DNA from: Candidatus Omnitrophota bacterium
GTDB lineage: Bacteria > Omnitrophota > Gorgyraeia > Gygaellales > JAQTUX01
DNA: 64,000 bases
Assembly (NCBI GenBank): GCA_028707125.1
Contig: JAQTUX010000001.1
Coordinates: 977,493 to 1,041,492 of the forward strand
Direction: 5' to 3'
Positions 38,469 through 48,287 of the stretch are shown in pieces. Under the pieces are notes generated by a model. The model saw nothing but the letters and a program-made list of their open reading frames with translations, was not told the origin of the DNA and did no database searches. How positions within the stretch are numbered: the first letter of the stretch is position 1; each line of letters opens with the position of its first letter. Position numbers and translations under genes: made by a program.

Positions 38469-38534
38469 AACTATATAACAAAAACTTTAAACTTTACGTT
38501 TTGGTTTTACGCTTTGCGCTTTACACTTTTCGCT
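38421..38534. repeat. Family-A intergenic palindromic repeat, copy 2 (nnr-recX gap; left arm in-frame with the nnr 3' end)
   Basis: agcgtaaaacgtaaagcgaaaagcgcaaaagtaaagtgtaaaatttaaaactatataacaaaaactttaaactttacgttttggttttacgctttgcgctttacacttttcgct. Confidence 0.85.
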
Positions 38535-38536
38535 AT

Positions 38537-39007
38537 TTGACATTGAATATCTCTAAGGATTATAAGTCAGCAATTAACGCTGCGCTAAGGCTGATCAGGT
38601 TCAGGCCAAGGAGCGAGAATGAAATAATATCGCGCCTTGAGGATAAGGGCTATGGAACCGCCGTTATAAAAAAGGCGGTCAAGTACCTGAAAGGCGCCGA
38701 TTATTTAAACGACGCCGAGTTCTGCAGGATATGGATCGGATCGCGAAAGGATAAGCCGTTAGGTTTCAAGAAGATCATTCAGGAGCTCAAAGAAAAGGGA
38801 GTAAAGCGGGATATTATTGAACACGCCGTTAAAGAATCCCAATGTGATTATAACGAGGGGGAAGTGATCGAGCGGCTGGTCAGCAAGAGGTTTGTCCAGG
38901 CGCACGGACCGGATAAAGGCAATATTAAAAGAAGGGTTTATTCGTTTCTCCTGCGCCGGGGATTCAGCCCGGACGCGGTCAATGAAGCGATATCTAAAAT
39001 AGAATGA
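38537..39007 (+). CDS. recX: Recombination regulator RecX
   Basis: Three-helix repeats (ALRLIRFRPRSENEIISRLEDKGY...) of the RecX family. The listed ATG 38501 lies inside repeat A2, so the start is placed at TTG 38537 and is uncertain. Confidence 0.7.
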   Translation: MTLNISKDYKSAINAALRLIRFRPRSENEIISRLEDKGYGTAVIKKAVKYLKGADYLNDAEFCRIWIGSRKDKPLGFKKIIQELKEKGVKRDIIEHAVKESQCDYNEGEVIERLVSKRFVQAHGPDKGNIKRRVYSFLLRRGFSPDAVNEAISKIE

Positions 39008-41619
39008 ATGCCGACGCACTAAGAGAAAAATTTCTGGAATTCTTCAAATCTAAGGGGCACGAGATAGCGCGAAGCGATTCGCTTGTGCCTAAAGACGACC
39101 CTACGGTGTTGTTCACCTCAGCCGGAATGAACCAGTTCAAGAAGAATTTCTTAGGCATAGACAAGCACCTGAAGCGCGCGGTCAGCTCTCAGAGGTGTTT
39201 AAGGACAGGCGATCTGGATAAGGTAGGAAAGACCGCGGGCCACCATACGTTCTTTGAGATGCTGGGTAATTTCTCTTTCGGCGATTATTTCAAGAAAGAG
39301 GCGATAAACTGGGCCTGGGAGTTTCTTACCAGGGAATTGAACATCCCCGATGATAAACTATGGGTGTCGGTATATAACGATGACACGGAGGCATATGAGG
39401 CCTGGTCAAAGGACATAAAGCTGCCTAAGCCGAGGATGATCAAATTGGGCGATAAAGAGAATTTCTGGCCTTCAGAGGCAAAGCAGAAAGGCCCTAACGG
39501 CCCTTGCGGCCCCTGCTCGGAAATATTTTACGACCGGGGAAAAGGCGTTGGCTGCGGTGAGCCGGTATGCGACCCGAGCTGTGACTGTGGAAGGTTCGTA
39601 GAGATATGGAATCTCGTTTTTACTCAGTTCAACAGGAAAGAGGGTGGGGCGCTTGAGCCCCTGCCTCAAAAAAACATAGATACGGGTATGGGGCTGGAAC
39701 GCTTGACCGCGGTAATGCAGGGTAAGGCCAACAATTTTGAGACCGAACTTTTTCAGCCGATCATAAAGGAAATTATAGCTAAAATAGGGGGCAGGCCTAA
39801 GAAGGAACTGCTCTATGCTATAGCCGATCATATAAGGGCAGCCGTATTCGCCATTGCCGACGGAGTTATCCCCTCAAATGAGGAGAGGGGTTATGTTGTC
39901 AGAAAACTTATCAGGAAGGCTGTTTATGATCTGCGGAAACTGGGAACTAATGATAAATTTCTTTATAAGCTTGTTTATCCAGTTATTGAGACAATGAAGA
40001 TCGCTTATCCAGAATTGGGTAAGCGACACGAGAATATTACGCAGATTATTCTTGCTGAAGAGGAAAAATATTTACAGATTCTGGAGTCTGTGGCTGGAAT
40101 ATGTTTTGATAAGTTTGCCGGTATAGATAAAATGGATAACAAAAAAATCGGCAGGGTTAGTTTCGACCTTTATGACACTCACGGCATACCCATAGAACTT
40201 ACAGAGGAGTGGCTTAAAGGACACGGTTATAGCTTCTCCAAGGATGAGTTCGAAAGGAATCTCTCGCGGCAGCGCGAGCAATCGCGCGGCAAAAGCACGA
40301 TGAAAGGCGATGTATTCTCGGTTGCCGGGCTTAAAATAGATACAGCGGCAACTGTGTTTAAAGGTTATGATTCCCTTGAATCAGAGGCAAAGATATTAAA
40401 GATATTTAAAGGCGCGGATGAAATGAAGTCCGCCTCTGAAGGCGATGAGGTTGCTGTCGTATTGGACAAAACGCCGTTTTATCCTGAATCAGGAGGACAG
40501 GTTGCCGATAGGGGAAGCATCCTCAAGAAGGGCTGCCTGTTTGAGGTTAAGGATACGCAAAGGACGGGTTCTGTGATAGTCCATTACGGCGTAGTAGCAA
40601 AGGGCGCCTTCAAAGAAAAGGATAAGGTTTCGGCTAACGTAGATAAACAAAGGCGGCTTGCTATTGCCAGGAACCATACCGCGACTCATATGCTCCAGTC
40701 CGCTCTCAGGCAGGTGCTGGGAGAACATATCCAGCAGCAGGGCTCGTTAGTGGCAGAGGACAGGCTGAGGTTTGATTTTACCCATTTTAAGGCCGTAAGC
40801 CCCGAAGAGATCTCCAGGATAGAGGAGATCGTGAATAAAATGATCATTGATAACGAAGTATTGACGGCCAGGCAGATGCCGCTGTCCGAGGCAAAGAAGA
40901 CAGGGGCGCTGGCATTTTTCGGCGAAAAATATTCAGATAAGGTGCGGGTCGTGGCGATAGGCGGTTTTTCCCGGGAACTCTGCGGCGGCACGCATCTTGG
41001 TTCAACCGGGCAGATCGGCTTATTTAAGATCGTTTCCGAGTCATCCATAGCGCAGGGCGTACGGCGCATAGAGGCGCAGACCGGGGCCGCCGCTTATAAC
41101 AACATCCAACAGGGCGGCGCTGTCCTTAGGGAGCTTTCAGGCATTTTAAAAGTTCCTGCCGAGGAGATAGTAAGCCAGGTGGAAAAGCTGAACAACCGGC
41201 TCAGGGATTTAAACAGCAAGTTGGATTCCTGCCGGTTGGAGGCGTTCAGGTCGGCGATCGGCGATATGATCAAAACGGGCATTAAGATAGGCGGTATCTC
41301 GTTCATATGCCGGCGCGTAGAACAGGCAGATATGGAGTTATTAAGGCCTATGGCGGATATGTTGAGGCAGAAAGCCGATAAAACGGTATTGCTGCTTGCC
41401 TCTGTTCTGGAAGACAGGGCCGCGCTCGTTGTGGCGTTAAGCAATGATATGAAGGATACGCCGCTGGACGCCTCAAAGATAATAAAGGATATTGCCGCGG
41501 TATTGGGCGGCAGCGGCGGCGGCCGTAAGGACTTCGCGCAGGCAGGCTCACGCGATATCAAAGCGCTTGAGGAAGCGATCGCCAGAGCGCCGGAAATAAT
41601 AAAGGGATATTTAAAATGA
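39004..41619 (+). CDS. alaS: Alanine--tRNA ligase
   Basis: 871 aa with a class II core (FTSAGMNQFK), an editing-domain HxxxH/CxxxH region (HTATHML...CGGTH) and a C-terminal DHHA1. Confidence 0.95.
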   Translation: MNADALREKFLEFFKSKGHEIARSDSLVPKDDPTVLFTSAGMNQFKKNFLGIDKHLKRAVSSQRCLRTGDLDKVGKTAGHHTFFEMLGNFSFGDYFKKEAINWAWEFLTRELNIPDDKLWVSVYNDDTEAYEAWSKDIKLPKPRMIKLGDKENFWPSEAKQKGPNGPCGPCSEIFYDRGKGVGCGEPVCDPSCDCGRFVEIWNLVFTQFNRKEGGALEPLPQKNIDTGMGLERLTAVMQGKANNFETELFQPIIKEIIAKIGGRPKKELLYAIADHIRAAVFAIADGVIPSNEERGYVVRKLIRKAVYDLRKLGTNDKFLYKLVYPVIETMKIAYPELGKRHENITQIILAEEEKYLQILESVAGICFDKFAGIDKMDNKKIGRVSFDLYDTHGIPIELTEEWLKGHGYSFSKDEFERNLSRQREQSRGKSTMKGDVFSVAGLKIDTAATVFKGYDSLESEAKILKIFKGADEMKSASEGDEVAVVLDKTPFYPESGGQVADRGSILKKGCLFEVKDTQRTGSVIVHYGVVAKGAFKEKDKVSANVDKQRRLAIARNHTATHMLQSALRQVLGEHIQQQGSLVAEDRLRFDFTHFKAVSPEEISRIEEIVNKMIIDNEVLTARQMPLSEAKKTGALAFFGEKYSDKVRVVAIGGFSRELCGGTHLGSTGQIGLFKIVSESSIAQGVRRIEAQTGAAAYNNIQQGGAVLRELSGILKVPAEEIVSQVEKLNNRLRDLNSKLDSCRLEAFRSAIGDMIKTGIKIGGISFICRRVEQADMELLRPMADMLRQKADKTVLLLASVLEDRAALVVALSNDMKDTPLDASKIIKDIAAVLGGSGGGRKDFAQAGSRDIKALEEAIARAPEIIKGYLK

Positions 41620-42839
41620 AGATAATACGCAGATACAACAGGGAACTTGAGAAGATCTACAGCCGTAATCTGATAAGGCAGAAGTCCATGCAGGAGCGCG
41701 TGCGCAAGATAATAGACGACGTCAGGCTGAACGGGGACGACGCGCTGGCAAAATATACGCGTAAATTTGACAAGGTAAAACTGCTGCCCAGGCAATTCAG
41801 GGTAGGGCCGCTGGAGATAAGCGGCGCTTATCAGAATATAAACCGGGATTTTGTTTCTAATCTCAAACTTATAATAGAGAACATAAACCGGTTCTACAAG
41901 AGGCAGATAAGAAAGAAGTGGAAGATCAAGGATTCCGACGGCGTAGAGTTGGGAGAAAAGATAGAGCCGATAGAACGCGTAGGTATTTACATACCGGCAG
42001 GCACAGCCCCGCTTGTCTCAACGGTCTATATGACAGCCGTGCCAGCGCGCATAGCAGGGGTAAAGGACATAGCGTTATTTACTCCTCCGGATGAGAACGG
42101 GAACGTTAATCCTCACATACTTGTAGTCGCGGACCTGCTTAAGGTCAATGAGATCTACAAGGTCGGGGGGGCGCAGGCGATCGCCGCCGCCAGTTTTGGC
42201 ACAAGGACCATACCGAAGGTGGATAAGATCGTAGGCCCGGGCAATGCTTACGTAACAGAGGCAAAGAGGCAGTTGTTCGGCTATGTGAATATCGATATGC
42301 TGGCAGGGCCGACAGAACTGGTTGTGATCGCCAACAGGTTCAGTAATCCCAAGTTCGTTATTGCCGACCTTAAATCGCAGATAGAGCATTCCGGCGGCAT
42401 GTCAATACTTATTACTACAAGCAGGGATCTGGCGAAGACGGCCGCGGCGCAGTTAGACGCGAAAGGGGCGATAATCCTGACAAAGAACCTGGCTGAGGCG
42501 GCAGAGATATCTAACCGCATAGCGCCGGAACACCTGGAGATCATGGTAAACAATCCCAAAAAGATCCTGAAGCTTATAAAGAACGCCGGGGCGGTATTCC
42601 TGGGGGCATATAGCCCTGTTTCGGTAGGGGATTATGTAGCCGGGCCCAGCCACGTATTGCCGACCGCCGGCTCTGCCCGGTTCTTTTCGGGGTTGTCTTT
42701 AAGCGACTTTACGAAGTCAATACACATAATTTCTTACTCCAGGAAAGCGCTTGAGGCGATAAGGCAGCCGCTTGAGGCGATCGCCGGAATTGAAAAATTG
42801 GAAAAACACATTGAGTCGGTAAAGGCGAGGTTCGAGTAG
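41616..42839 (+). CDS. hisD: Histidinol dehydrogenase
   Basis: 407 aa, HisD family (…IPAGTAPLVSTVYMTAVPARIAGV...). Confidence 0.85.
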   Translation: MKIIRRYNRELEKIYSRNLIRQKSMQERVRKIIDDVRLNGDDALAKYTRKFDKVKLLPRQFRVGPLEISGAYQNINRDFVSNLKLIIENINRFYKRQIRKKWKIKDSDGVELGEKIEPIERVGIYIPAGTAPLVSTVYMTAVPARIAGVKDIALFTPPDENGNVNPHILVVADLLKVNEIYKVGGAQAIAAASFGTRTIPKVDKIVGPGNAYVTEAKRQLFGYVNIDMLAGPTELVVIANRFSNPKFVIADLKSQIEHSGGMSILITTSRDLAKTAAAQLDAKGAIILTKNLAEAAEISNRIAPEHLEIMVNNPKKILKLIKNAGAVFLGAYSPVSVGDYVAGPSHVLPTAGSARFFSGLSLSDFTKSIHIISYSRKALEAIRQPLEAIAGIEKLEKHIESVKARFE

Positions 42840-42845
42840 AAGAGA

Positions 42846-42914
42846 CCCCACACTTACGTGTGGGGAATGACAATCTAAGCATAGCCAAAGGATTCTACAC
42901 ACGTAAGTGTGTAG
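42846..42914 (+). repeat. Family-C double-hairpin element, copy 2 (hisD-hisB gap)
   Basis: CCCCACAC-ttac-GTGTGGGG aatgacaatctaagcatagccaaaggatt CTACACAC-gtaa-GTGTGTAG agga. Confidence 0.8.
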
Positions 42915-42934
42915 AGGACACTGAAGGTGGAAAG

Positions 42935-43546
42935 ATGAAAAAACGTAGCGCAGAAGTAAAAAGAAAAACAAAAGAAACTGATATTACTGTTAAATTAAAT
43001 ATCGACGGTTCTGGCAAATCTAAAATAAATACTGGCATAGGCATATTAGACCACATGCTGGAATTATTCGCTTTCCACGGATTATTTGATTTGGAAATCA
43101 TGGCTAAAGGTGATTTGAACATAGATATACATCATACTAATGAAGACGTTGGCATCGTATTGGGAGATGCTTTTAAAAAGGCATTAGGAAATAAAGAAGG
43201 TATCAAAAGATCTGGTTCCAGTTCATGGCCGATGGAAGATGTAGTCGCCAATGTGGCGGTGGATATCAGCGGGAGAGGATTTTTTGAAAAGATAACCAGG
43301 GCGACGATCGGATATCCAGAACCCAAAGAAGAAGATGGATACTCTTATTCTTACGCTAATCATTTCTTTGAATCGTTTGCAAAAAGAATGGGAATGAATT
43401 TAAATATAAAATTGGATAGCCAGAATCCGGATTTGCATACTAATTTGGAACCTATTTTTAAGGCCTTCGGTGCGGCGCTGGACCAGGCTACTCAGATAGA
43501 CCCGCGCCGGAAGGGAGTACCCTCAACGAAGGGAATTATAGATTGA
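42935..43546 (+). CDS. hisB: Imidazoleglycerol-phosphate dehydratase
   Basis: KRKTKETDITVKLNIDGSG...GIGILDHMLELFAFHG...DIHHTNEDVGIVLG carries the IGPD His motifs. It is conspicuously AT-rich relative to its neighbours. Confidence 0.85.
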   Translation: MKKRSAEVKRKTKETDITVKLNIDGSGKSKINTGIGILDHMLELFAFHGLFDLEIMAKGDLNIDIHHTNEDVGIVLGDAFKKALGNKEGIKRSGSSSWPMEDVVANVAVDISGRGFFEKITRATIGYPEPKEEDGYSYSYANHFFESFAKRMGMNLNIKLDSQNPDLHTNLEPIFKAFGAALDQATQIDPRRKGVPSTKGIID

Positions 43547-43547
43547 G

Positions 43548-44168
43548 ATGGTAGCGTTGATCGATTACGGTTCAGGCAACTTAAGAAGCGTGCAAAAGGC
43601 CTGCGAGCGCGTCGGTATGCGGGTAAAGGTAACGCAGAGCGGCGAGGATATAAAAAGCGCGGATAGGCTTATACTGCCAGGCGTCGGCTCCTTTGACGAT
43701 TCCATGGTAACGCTGGAGAAGTTAAAACTCTTATCCTCTATCCGATCATTCATAAAGTCCGCGAGGCCGTATCTGGGCATATGTTTAGGCATGCAGATAC
43801 TGTTTGAGCGCAGCGAAGAAGGCAGGCAGGTAAAAGGGCTGGGGGTCTTTGAGGGAGTAGTAAAGAAATTCATGCCGGCAGGAGGCATTAAAGTCCCCCA
43901 TATGGGCTGGAACAGGGTCGCGCGCCCCTCTCGTCCGGTCGATACCTCAGAAAGATTGTTCAAAGGCATAGCAGACGGCTCGTTCTTTTACTTCTGCCAC
44001 TCTTATTACCCTGAACCGAAGGATGATTCAATATCCGCGCTTACCTGCAGTTACGGCCTTGATTTCGCGGCGATGGTCTGCCGCGGGAACACCTTCGGCG
44101 TGCAATTCCACCCGGAGAAAAGCCAGGAGTTAGGATTGCAGGTTCTGCGCAATTTTGCTGAATTATGA
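43548..44168 (+). CDS. hisH: Imidazole glycerol phosphate synthase, glutaminase subunit
   Basis: MVALIDYGSGNLRSV...LPGVGSF...GICLGMQ is the class I GATase triad. Confidence 0.9.
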   Translation: MVALIDYGSGNLRSVQKACERVGMRVKVTQSGEDIKSADRLILPGVGSFDDSMVTLEKLKLLSSIRSFIKSARPYLGICLGMQILFERSEEGRQVKGLGVFEGVVKKFMPAGGIKVPHMGWNRVARPSRPVDTSERLFKGIADGSFFYFCHSYYPEPKDDSISALTCSYGLDFAAMVCRGNTFGVQFHPEKSQELGLQVLRNFAEL

Positions 44169-44899
44169 TAATAATCCCCGCGATTGACCTGAGAAGCGGT
44201 AAGGTAGTCCGCCTTAAGCAGGGCAGATTTGAGGACGAGACGGTATATTCCGACGACCCTCTTGGCACAGCCGGGAAATGGATCAAGGAGGGGGCTCAGA
44301 TAATCCACGTTGTCGACCTGGATGCCGCCTTGACCGGAAAGCCGAAAAATATATCCATTATTGAAGAGATAGTCGGCAATGTGAAGGCAAAAATAGAATT
44401 AGGGGGAGGATTAAGAGAGATCCCCTTGATAGAACGGCTTATAAATCTCGGGGTCGAGAGAGTGGTGATCGGTACAAAGGCGGTCGTGGATGAGGCGTTC
44501 CTTGATGAGGCGCTGCGCAGGTTTTCGGATAAAATACTGGTAAGCATAGACGTAAGGAATAAATTTGTCGCCACTTCCGGCTGGAAGGGCGTTTCGGGCC
44601 TGCAGCCCGTAGAGTTCGCCTCTTTACTGGCGAAGAAAGGCGTAAAAAGGGTTATATATACGGATATATCCAGGGACGGGATGCTCGCGGGGCCCAACTT
44701 AGAAGGGCTTCTGGATATACTTAATAAGGTGGATATCTCCGTCATTGTATCAGGCGGAGTATCTTCACTGGATGATATAGAAAAAATAAGGCGGATGAAT
44801 AAAAAGAACATAGAAGGCGTGATCATAGGCAAGGCGCTTTATGAAAATAAGTTCACTCTTAAAGAAGCCATGGAAACGGCGAAGAAAGGAGAGGTGTAG
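44165..44899 (+). CDS. hisA: ProFAR isomerase
   Basis: MIIIPAIDLRSGKVVRLKQG... is the HisA TIM barrel. Confidence 0.9.
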   Translation: MIIIPAIDLRSGKVVRLKQGRFEDETVYSDDPLGTAGKWIKEGAQIIHVVDLDAALTGKPKNISIIEEIVGNVKAKIELGGGLREIPLIERLINLGVERVVIGTKAVVDEAFLDEALRRFSDKILVSIDVRNKFVATSGWKGVSGLQPVEFASLLAKKGVKRVIYTDISRDGMLAGPNLEGLLDILNKVDISVIVSGGVSSLDDIEKIRRMNKKNIEGVIIGKALYENKFTLKEAMETAKKGEV

Positions 44900-44900
44900 T

Positions 44901-45371
44901 ATGCTCAGGACATTCGCGGTAGTTTTGATCGTGTCGGCATTGGCTCTGTCCGGCTGCCAGACCCTTGGCGCGGGGAAGGCAAAGGTTGATTCTCAGATCC
45001 AGGATCTGCAGAATCAGGTCTCTGTCATGGAGATACGCCTGAAAGAAAATGAGGAAGAATTGCTCAAGACAAGGAAGTCCGTGCAGCAGTTGGTATCGGA
45101 GAATGAAGACCTGAGGGCGGGCCTTTCGGACATGAAGAAGAAGGCGTCAAAATCCTCTGTCGCGGAATTCCGCAAACCGTTGTCAAAACAGGTGCAGATC
45201 GCCTTGAGGAACGCCGGCTTTAATCCGGGGCCGATCGACGGAAAGATGGGGGTCCAGACCAGAAATGCCATAAGGGCGTTTCAGAAGGCAAACCGCCTTC
45301 CCGTAAGCGGCGATGTGGATTATAATACCTGGCAGGCCTTAAAGGAATTCCTTTACAAAAAACAGAAATAA
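44901..45371 (+). CDS. Lipoprotein with a coiled-coil and a C-terminal peptidoglycan-binding (PG_binding_1-like) domain
   Basis: RBS AAGGAGAGG. N-terminus [19 protein letters not shown] (lipobox), a coiled-coil, then ...[48 protein letters not shown]. Inserted between hisA and hisF. Confidence 0.65.
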   Translation: MLRTFAVVLIVSALALSGCQTLGAGKAKVDSQIQDLQNQVSVMEIRLKENEEELLKTRKSVQQLVSENEDLRAGLSDMKKKASKSSVAEFRKPLSKQVQIALRNAGFNPGPIDGKMGVQTRNAIRAFQKANRLPVSGDVDYNTWQALKEFLYKKQK

Positions 45372-45372
45372 T

Positions 45373-46134
45373 ATGCTGGCTAAGCGTATAATACCCTGCC
45401 TGGACGTGAAGGACGGCAGGGTCGTAAAGGGCGTTAAATTCATCGGGCTTAAGGACGCGGGAGACCCTGTTGAGGCGGCGCTTGTTTATGACTCACAACA
45501 GGCAGATGAGCTCGTCTTTCTTGACATTACCGCCAGTTTTGAGAAACGCAAGATCATTCTTGATGTCGTCAAAAAGACCGCGGAATCGGTTTTTATGCCG
45601 CTGACAGTCGGCGGCGGCATAAAGGATATCTACGACATACGCAACCTTCTCAATGCCGGCGCCGATAAGGTCTCCATCAATACTTCGGCCGTAAAAGACC
45701 CCGTCCTCATAAGGGAAGCGGCGGATAAATTCGGCAGTCAATGTATCGTTATAGCCATAGACGCGAAAAGAACGCCGGATAAAAATGGCTGGAAGGTGTT
45801 TATTGACGGTGGAAGGACTGCCACAGACAAGGACGCGTTGAAATGGTCCGAAGAGGCCGCGGCGCTTGGAGCCGGAGAGATCCTGTTGACAAGCATGGAT
45901 AGAGACGGCACCAAAGACGGCTATGACTTAGAATTGACGCGGCGCGTTGCCGAAACAGTGGCTATTCCCGTGATCGCCTCCGGCGGCGCGGGAAAACTTG
46001 AGCACTTCGCGGAAGTACTTACGGAAGGCAGGGCAGACGCGGCCCTTGCCGCCTCGTTGTTCCATTACGGCGAATTCAGCATAAAGCAGGTAAAGGAATA
46101 CCTGAAAACCAAAGGGATAGAGGTAAGAATATGA
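45373..46134 (+). CDS. hisF: Imidazole glycerol phosphate synthase, cyclase subunit
   Basis: [23 protein letters not shown]... is the HisF TIM barrel. Confidence 0.9.
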   Translation: MLAKRIIPCLDVKDGRVVKGVKFIGLKDAGDPVEAALVYDSQQADELVFLDITASFEKRKIILDVVKKTAESVFMPLTVGGGIKDIYDIRNLLNAGADKVSINTSAVKDPVLIREAADKFGSQCIVIAIDAKRTPDKNGWKVFIDGGRTATDKDALKWSEEAAALGAGEILLTSMDRDGTKDGYDLELTRRVAETVAIPVIASGGAGKLEHFAEVLTEGRADAALAASLFHYGEFSIKQVKEYLKTKGIEVRI

Positions 46135-46469
46135 AGTTTAAGTTAAGCGATTTGAAGTTTGATGTTTCGGGATTGATCCCGGTAATAATACAGGACTACA
46201 AAACTAAAGAAGTGCTGATGGTCGCCTATATGAACAGGGAATCACTAAGGCGGACTATCCGGCTGGGAAAGACATGTTTCTGGTCGCGTTCACGCAAGAA
46301 ATACTGGGTAAAGGGAGAGACCTCGGGACATTTTCAATATGTGAAGTCAATCGCTTATGACTGTGATGCCGACGCGTTATTGATAAGGGTGAGACAGGTT
46401 GGCGTTGCCTGCCACACAGGAAATAGAAGTTGTTTTTATAGAAAGATGGGGAATATCAAACCACGATGA
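46131..46469 (+). CDS. hisI: Phosphoribosyl-AMP cyclohydrolase
   Basis: 112 aa with GLIPVIIQD...CDADALLI..V...G.ACHTG, the HisI zinc motifs. Confidence 0.85.
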   Translation: MKFKLSDLKFDVSGLIPVIIQDYKTKEVLMVAYMNRESLRRTIRLGKTCFWSRSRKKYWVKGETSGHFQYVKSIAYDCDADALLIRVRQVGVACHTGNRSCFYRKMGNIKPR

Positions 46470-46471
46470 TA

Positions 46472-46491
46472 CTACACACGTAAGTGTGTAG
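46472..46491 (+). repeat. Family-C element, copy 3 (second hairpin only; hisI-trpE gap)
   Basis: CTACACAC-gtaa-GTGTGTAG followed by aggaaactt ATG (trpE). The upstream ggggaat remnant of the first half lies in the hisI 3' end. Confidence 0.7.
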
Positions 46492-46500
46492 AGGAAACTT

Positions 46501-48000
46501 ATGATATATCCTGACAAGAAAACATTTTTAAGGTTGAGTAAGAAGGGTAACCTGATCCCGGTCTATAAGAACATAAACGCTGACCTGGATACGCCGGTTT
46601 CCGCGTATCTTAAGGTGGCGGATGAGCCGTATTCTTTTCTTCTGGAATCGGTTGAAGGCAGAGAGAAGATAGCCAGGTTCTCTTTTCTCGGTCACGGCCC
46701 CGCGCTGGTTATTAAGCTGAAAGACAAGAAATTATGGATTTTAGACAGGCGCGGAGGATACAAGCCGCAAAAAGCCGTCAAGCTTGAGAATTGCGATCCG
46801 CTTAAGGAGATCAAAAAGATAAGCAGCCGGTTTAAATTCGTAAATCTTCCCGGCCTCCCGCGGTATTGCGGCGGATTCGTGGGGTACCTAGGATACGATA
46901 CCATAGGCCTGTTCGAGCCGCGCCTGTATGAAGGCATCAGGAAGAACAGGGACGACCTCAAGCTGCCGGATATGGCATTTATGCTCTGCGATACTGTTAC
47001 GGTATTTGACCACGCCAACCACCAGATGAAAATAGTCGTCAACGCCGACCTTTCCGCGGCAGGCACTAGAAAGGCGAAATTGGAACGCTATGATGACGCC
47101 GTCAAAACGATAAACCGGATAGAGGCCCGCCTTAATAAGCCGCTTAAAGCGGAACGCAAAGCAACAATCAGCCATAAACGCCTTAAAGTAGCGTCTAATT
47201 TCTCCAGGAAAGATTTTAAAGAAATGGTTTTGAAGGGAAAAGAGCGCATAAAGGAAGGGGATATAATACAGGTTGTCCTGTCGCAGAGGCTTAATGCCCG
47301 TGTTTATGAGAAACCGTTACATATATACAGGAAGCTGCGCAGGGTTAATCCCTCTCCCTATATGTATTATCTTAATCTCAAGGATTCTATAATCATAGGC
47401 TCTTCTCCTGAACTACTCGTGCGCTGCGAGAACGGCCTGGTAGAAACGAGGCCTATCGCGGGGACAAGGCCGCGGGGCAGGGACGCTCAAGAGGACAGCC
47501 GGCTGGAAAAAGAGCTGCTTCAGGATAAAAAAGAGCTGGCAGAACATTTAATGCTTGTCGATCTTGGCCGCAATGACCTGGGCAGGGTATGCGGGTACGG
47601 CAAGGTAAAGGTTAAGGAATTTATGCGGGTGGAGAAATATTCTCACGTTATGCACATTGTCAGCAGCGTAGCAGGATTGCTTTCGCCAAATAAGGACATT
47701 TATGATACAATAAGCGCGACTTTCCCCGCGGGTACTGTGTCGGGCAGCCCTAAGATACGGGCGATGGAAATAATCAACGAATTGGAAAACCTCAGGCGCG
47801 GCCCGTACGCGGGGGCGGTGGCTTATTTCAGTTTTTCCGGCAACCTTGACAGCTGCATTATCATAAGGACGATAATAATAAAGAACAAAACGGCCTATAT
47901 ACAGGCAGGCGCGGGCATTGTCGCCGATTCCGTGCCGGAGCGTGAATATCGCGAGACGCTGAATAAGGCCAGGGCGCTTATTGAAGCGATTAACGCGTAA
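46501..48000 (+). CDS. trpE: Anthranilate synthase component I
   Basis: 499 aa chorismate-binding enzyme (LESVEG..., GAVAYF..G, IIRT). Confidence 0.85.
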   Translation: MIYPDKKTFLRLSKKGNLIPVYKNINADLDTPVSAYLKVADEPYSFLLESVEGREKIARFSFLGHGPALVIKLKDKKLWILDRRGGYKPQKAVKLENCDPLKEIKKISSRFKFVNLPGLPRYCGGFVGYLGYDTIGLFEPRLYEGIRKNRDDLKLPDMAFMLCDTVTVFDHANHQMKIVVNADLSAAGTRKAKLERYDDAVKTINRIEARLNKPLKAERKATISHKRLKVASNFSRKDFKEMVLKGKERIKEGDIIQVVLSQRLNARVYEKPLHIYRKLRRVNPSPYMYYLNLKDSIIIGSSPELLVRCENGLVETRPIAGTRPRGRDAQEDSRLEKELLQDKKELAEHLMLVDLGRNDLGRVCGYGKVKVKEFMRVEKYSHVMHIVSSVAGLLSPNKDIYDTISATFPAGTVSGSPKIRAMEIINELENLRRGPYAGAVAYFSFSGNLDSCIIIRTIIIKNKTAYIQAGAGIVADSVPEREYRETLNKARALIEAINA

Positions 48001-48035
48001 AGCGAAAAGCGCGAAACCAAAAAAAAGGAGAAAAG

Positions 48036-48287
48036 ATGTCGCTAATGATAAGATTGAGAAGGATAGCCGATACTAAGGGCGCGCATTGTTTCAGGGTAGT
48101 TGCCATAGCAAAGGAGCGCTCCAGGGACGGCAGGAACATTGAGGAATTGGGATTTTACGACCCCAGAAGCAATCCTCCCGTTATAAAGATCAACAGGGAG
48201 AGGATAGAGCACTGGATAAAGAACGGAGCCCAGTTAAGCAACACAGTCAAGGACCTTATGAAAAAGACGAAAAAAGGGGGTAAATAA
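48036..48287 (+). CDS. rpsP: 30S ribosomal protein S16
   Basis: MIRLRRIADTKGAHCFRVVAIAKERSRDGRNIEELGFYDP is S16; RBS AAGGAG. Confidence 0.85.
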   Translation: MSLMIRLRRIADTKGAHCFRVVAIAKERSRDGRNIEELGFYDPRSNPPVIKINRERIEHWIKNGAQLSNTVKDLMKKTKKGGK

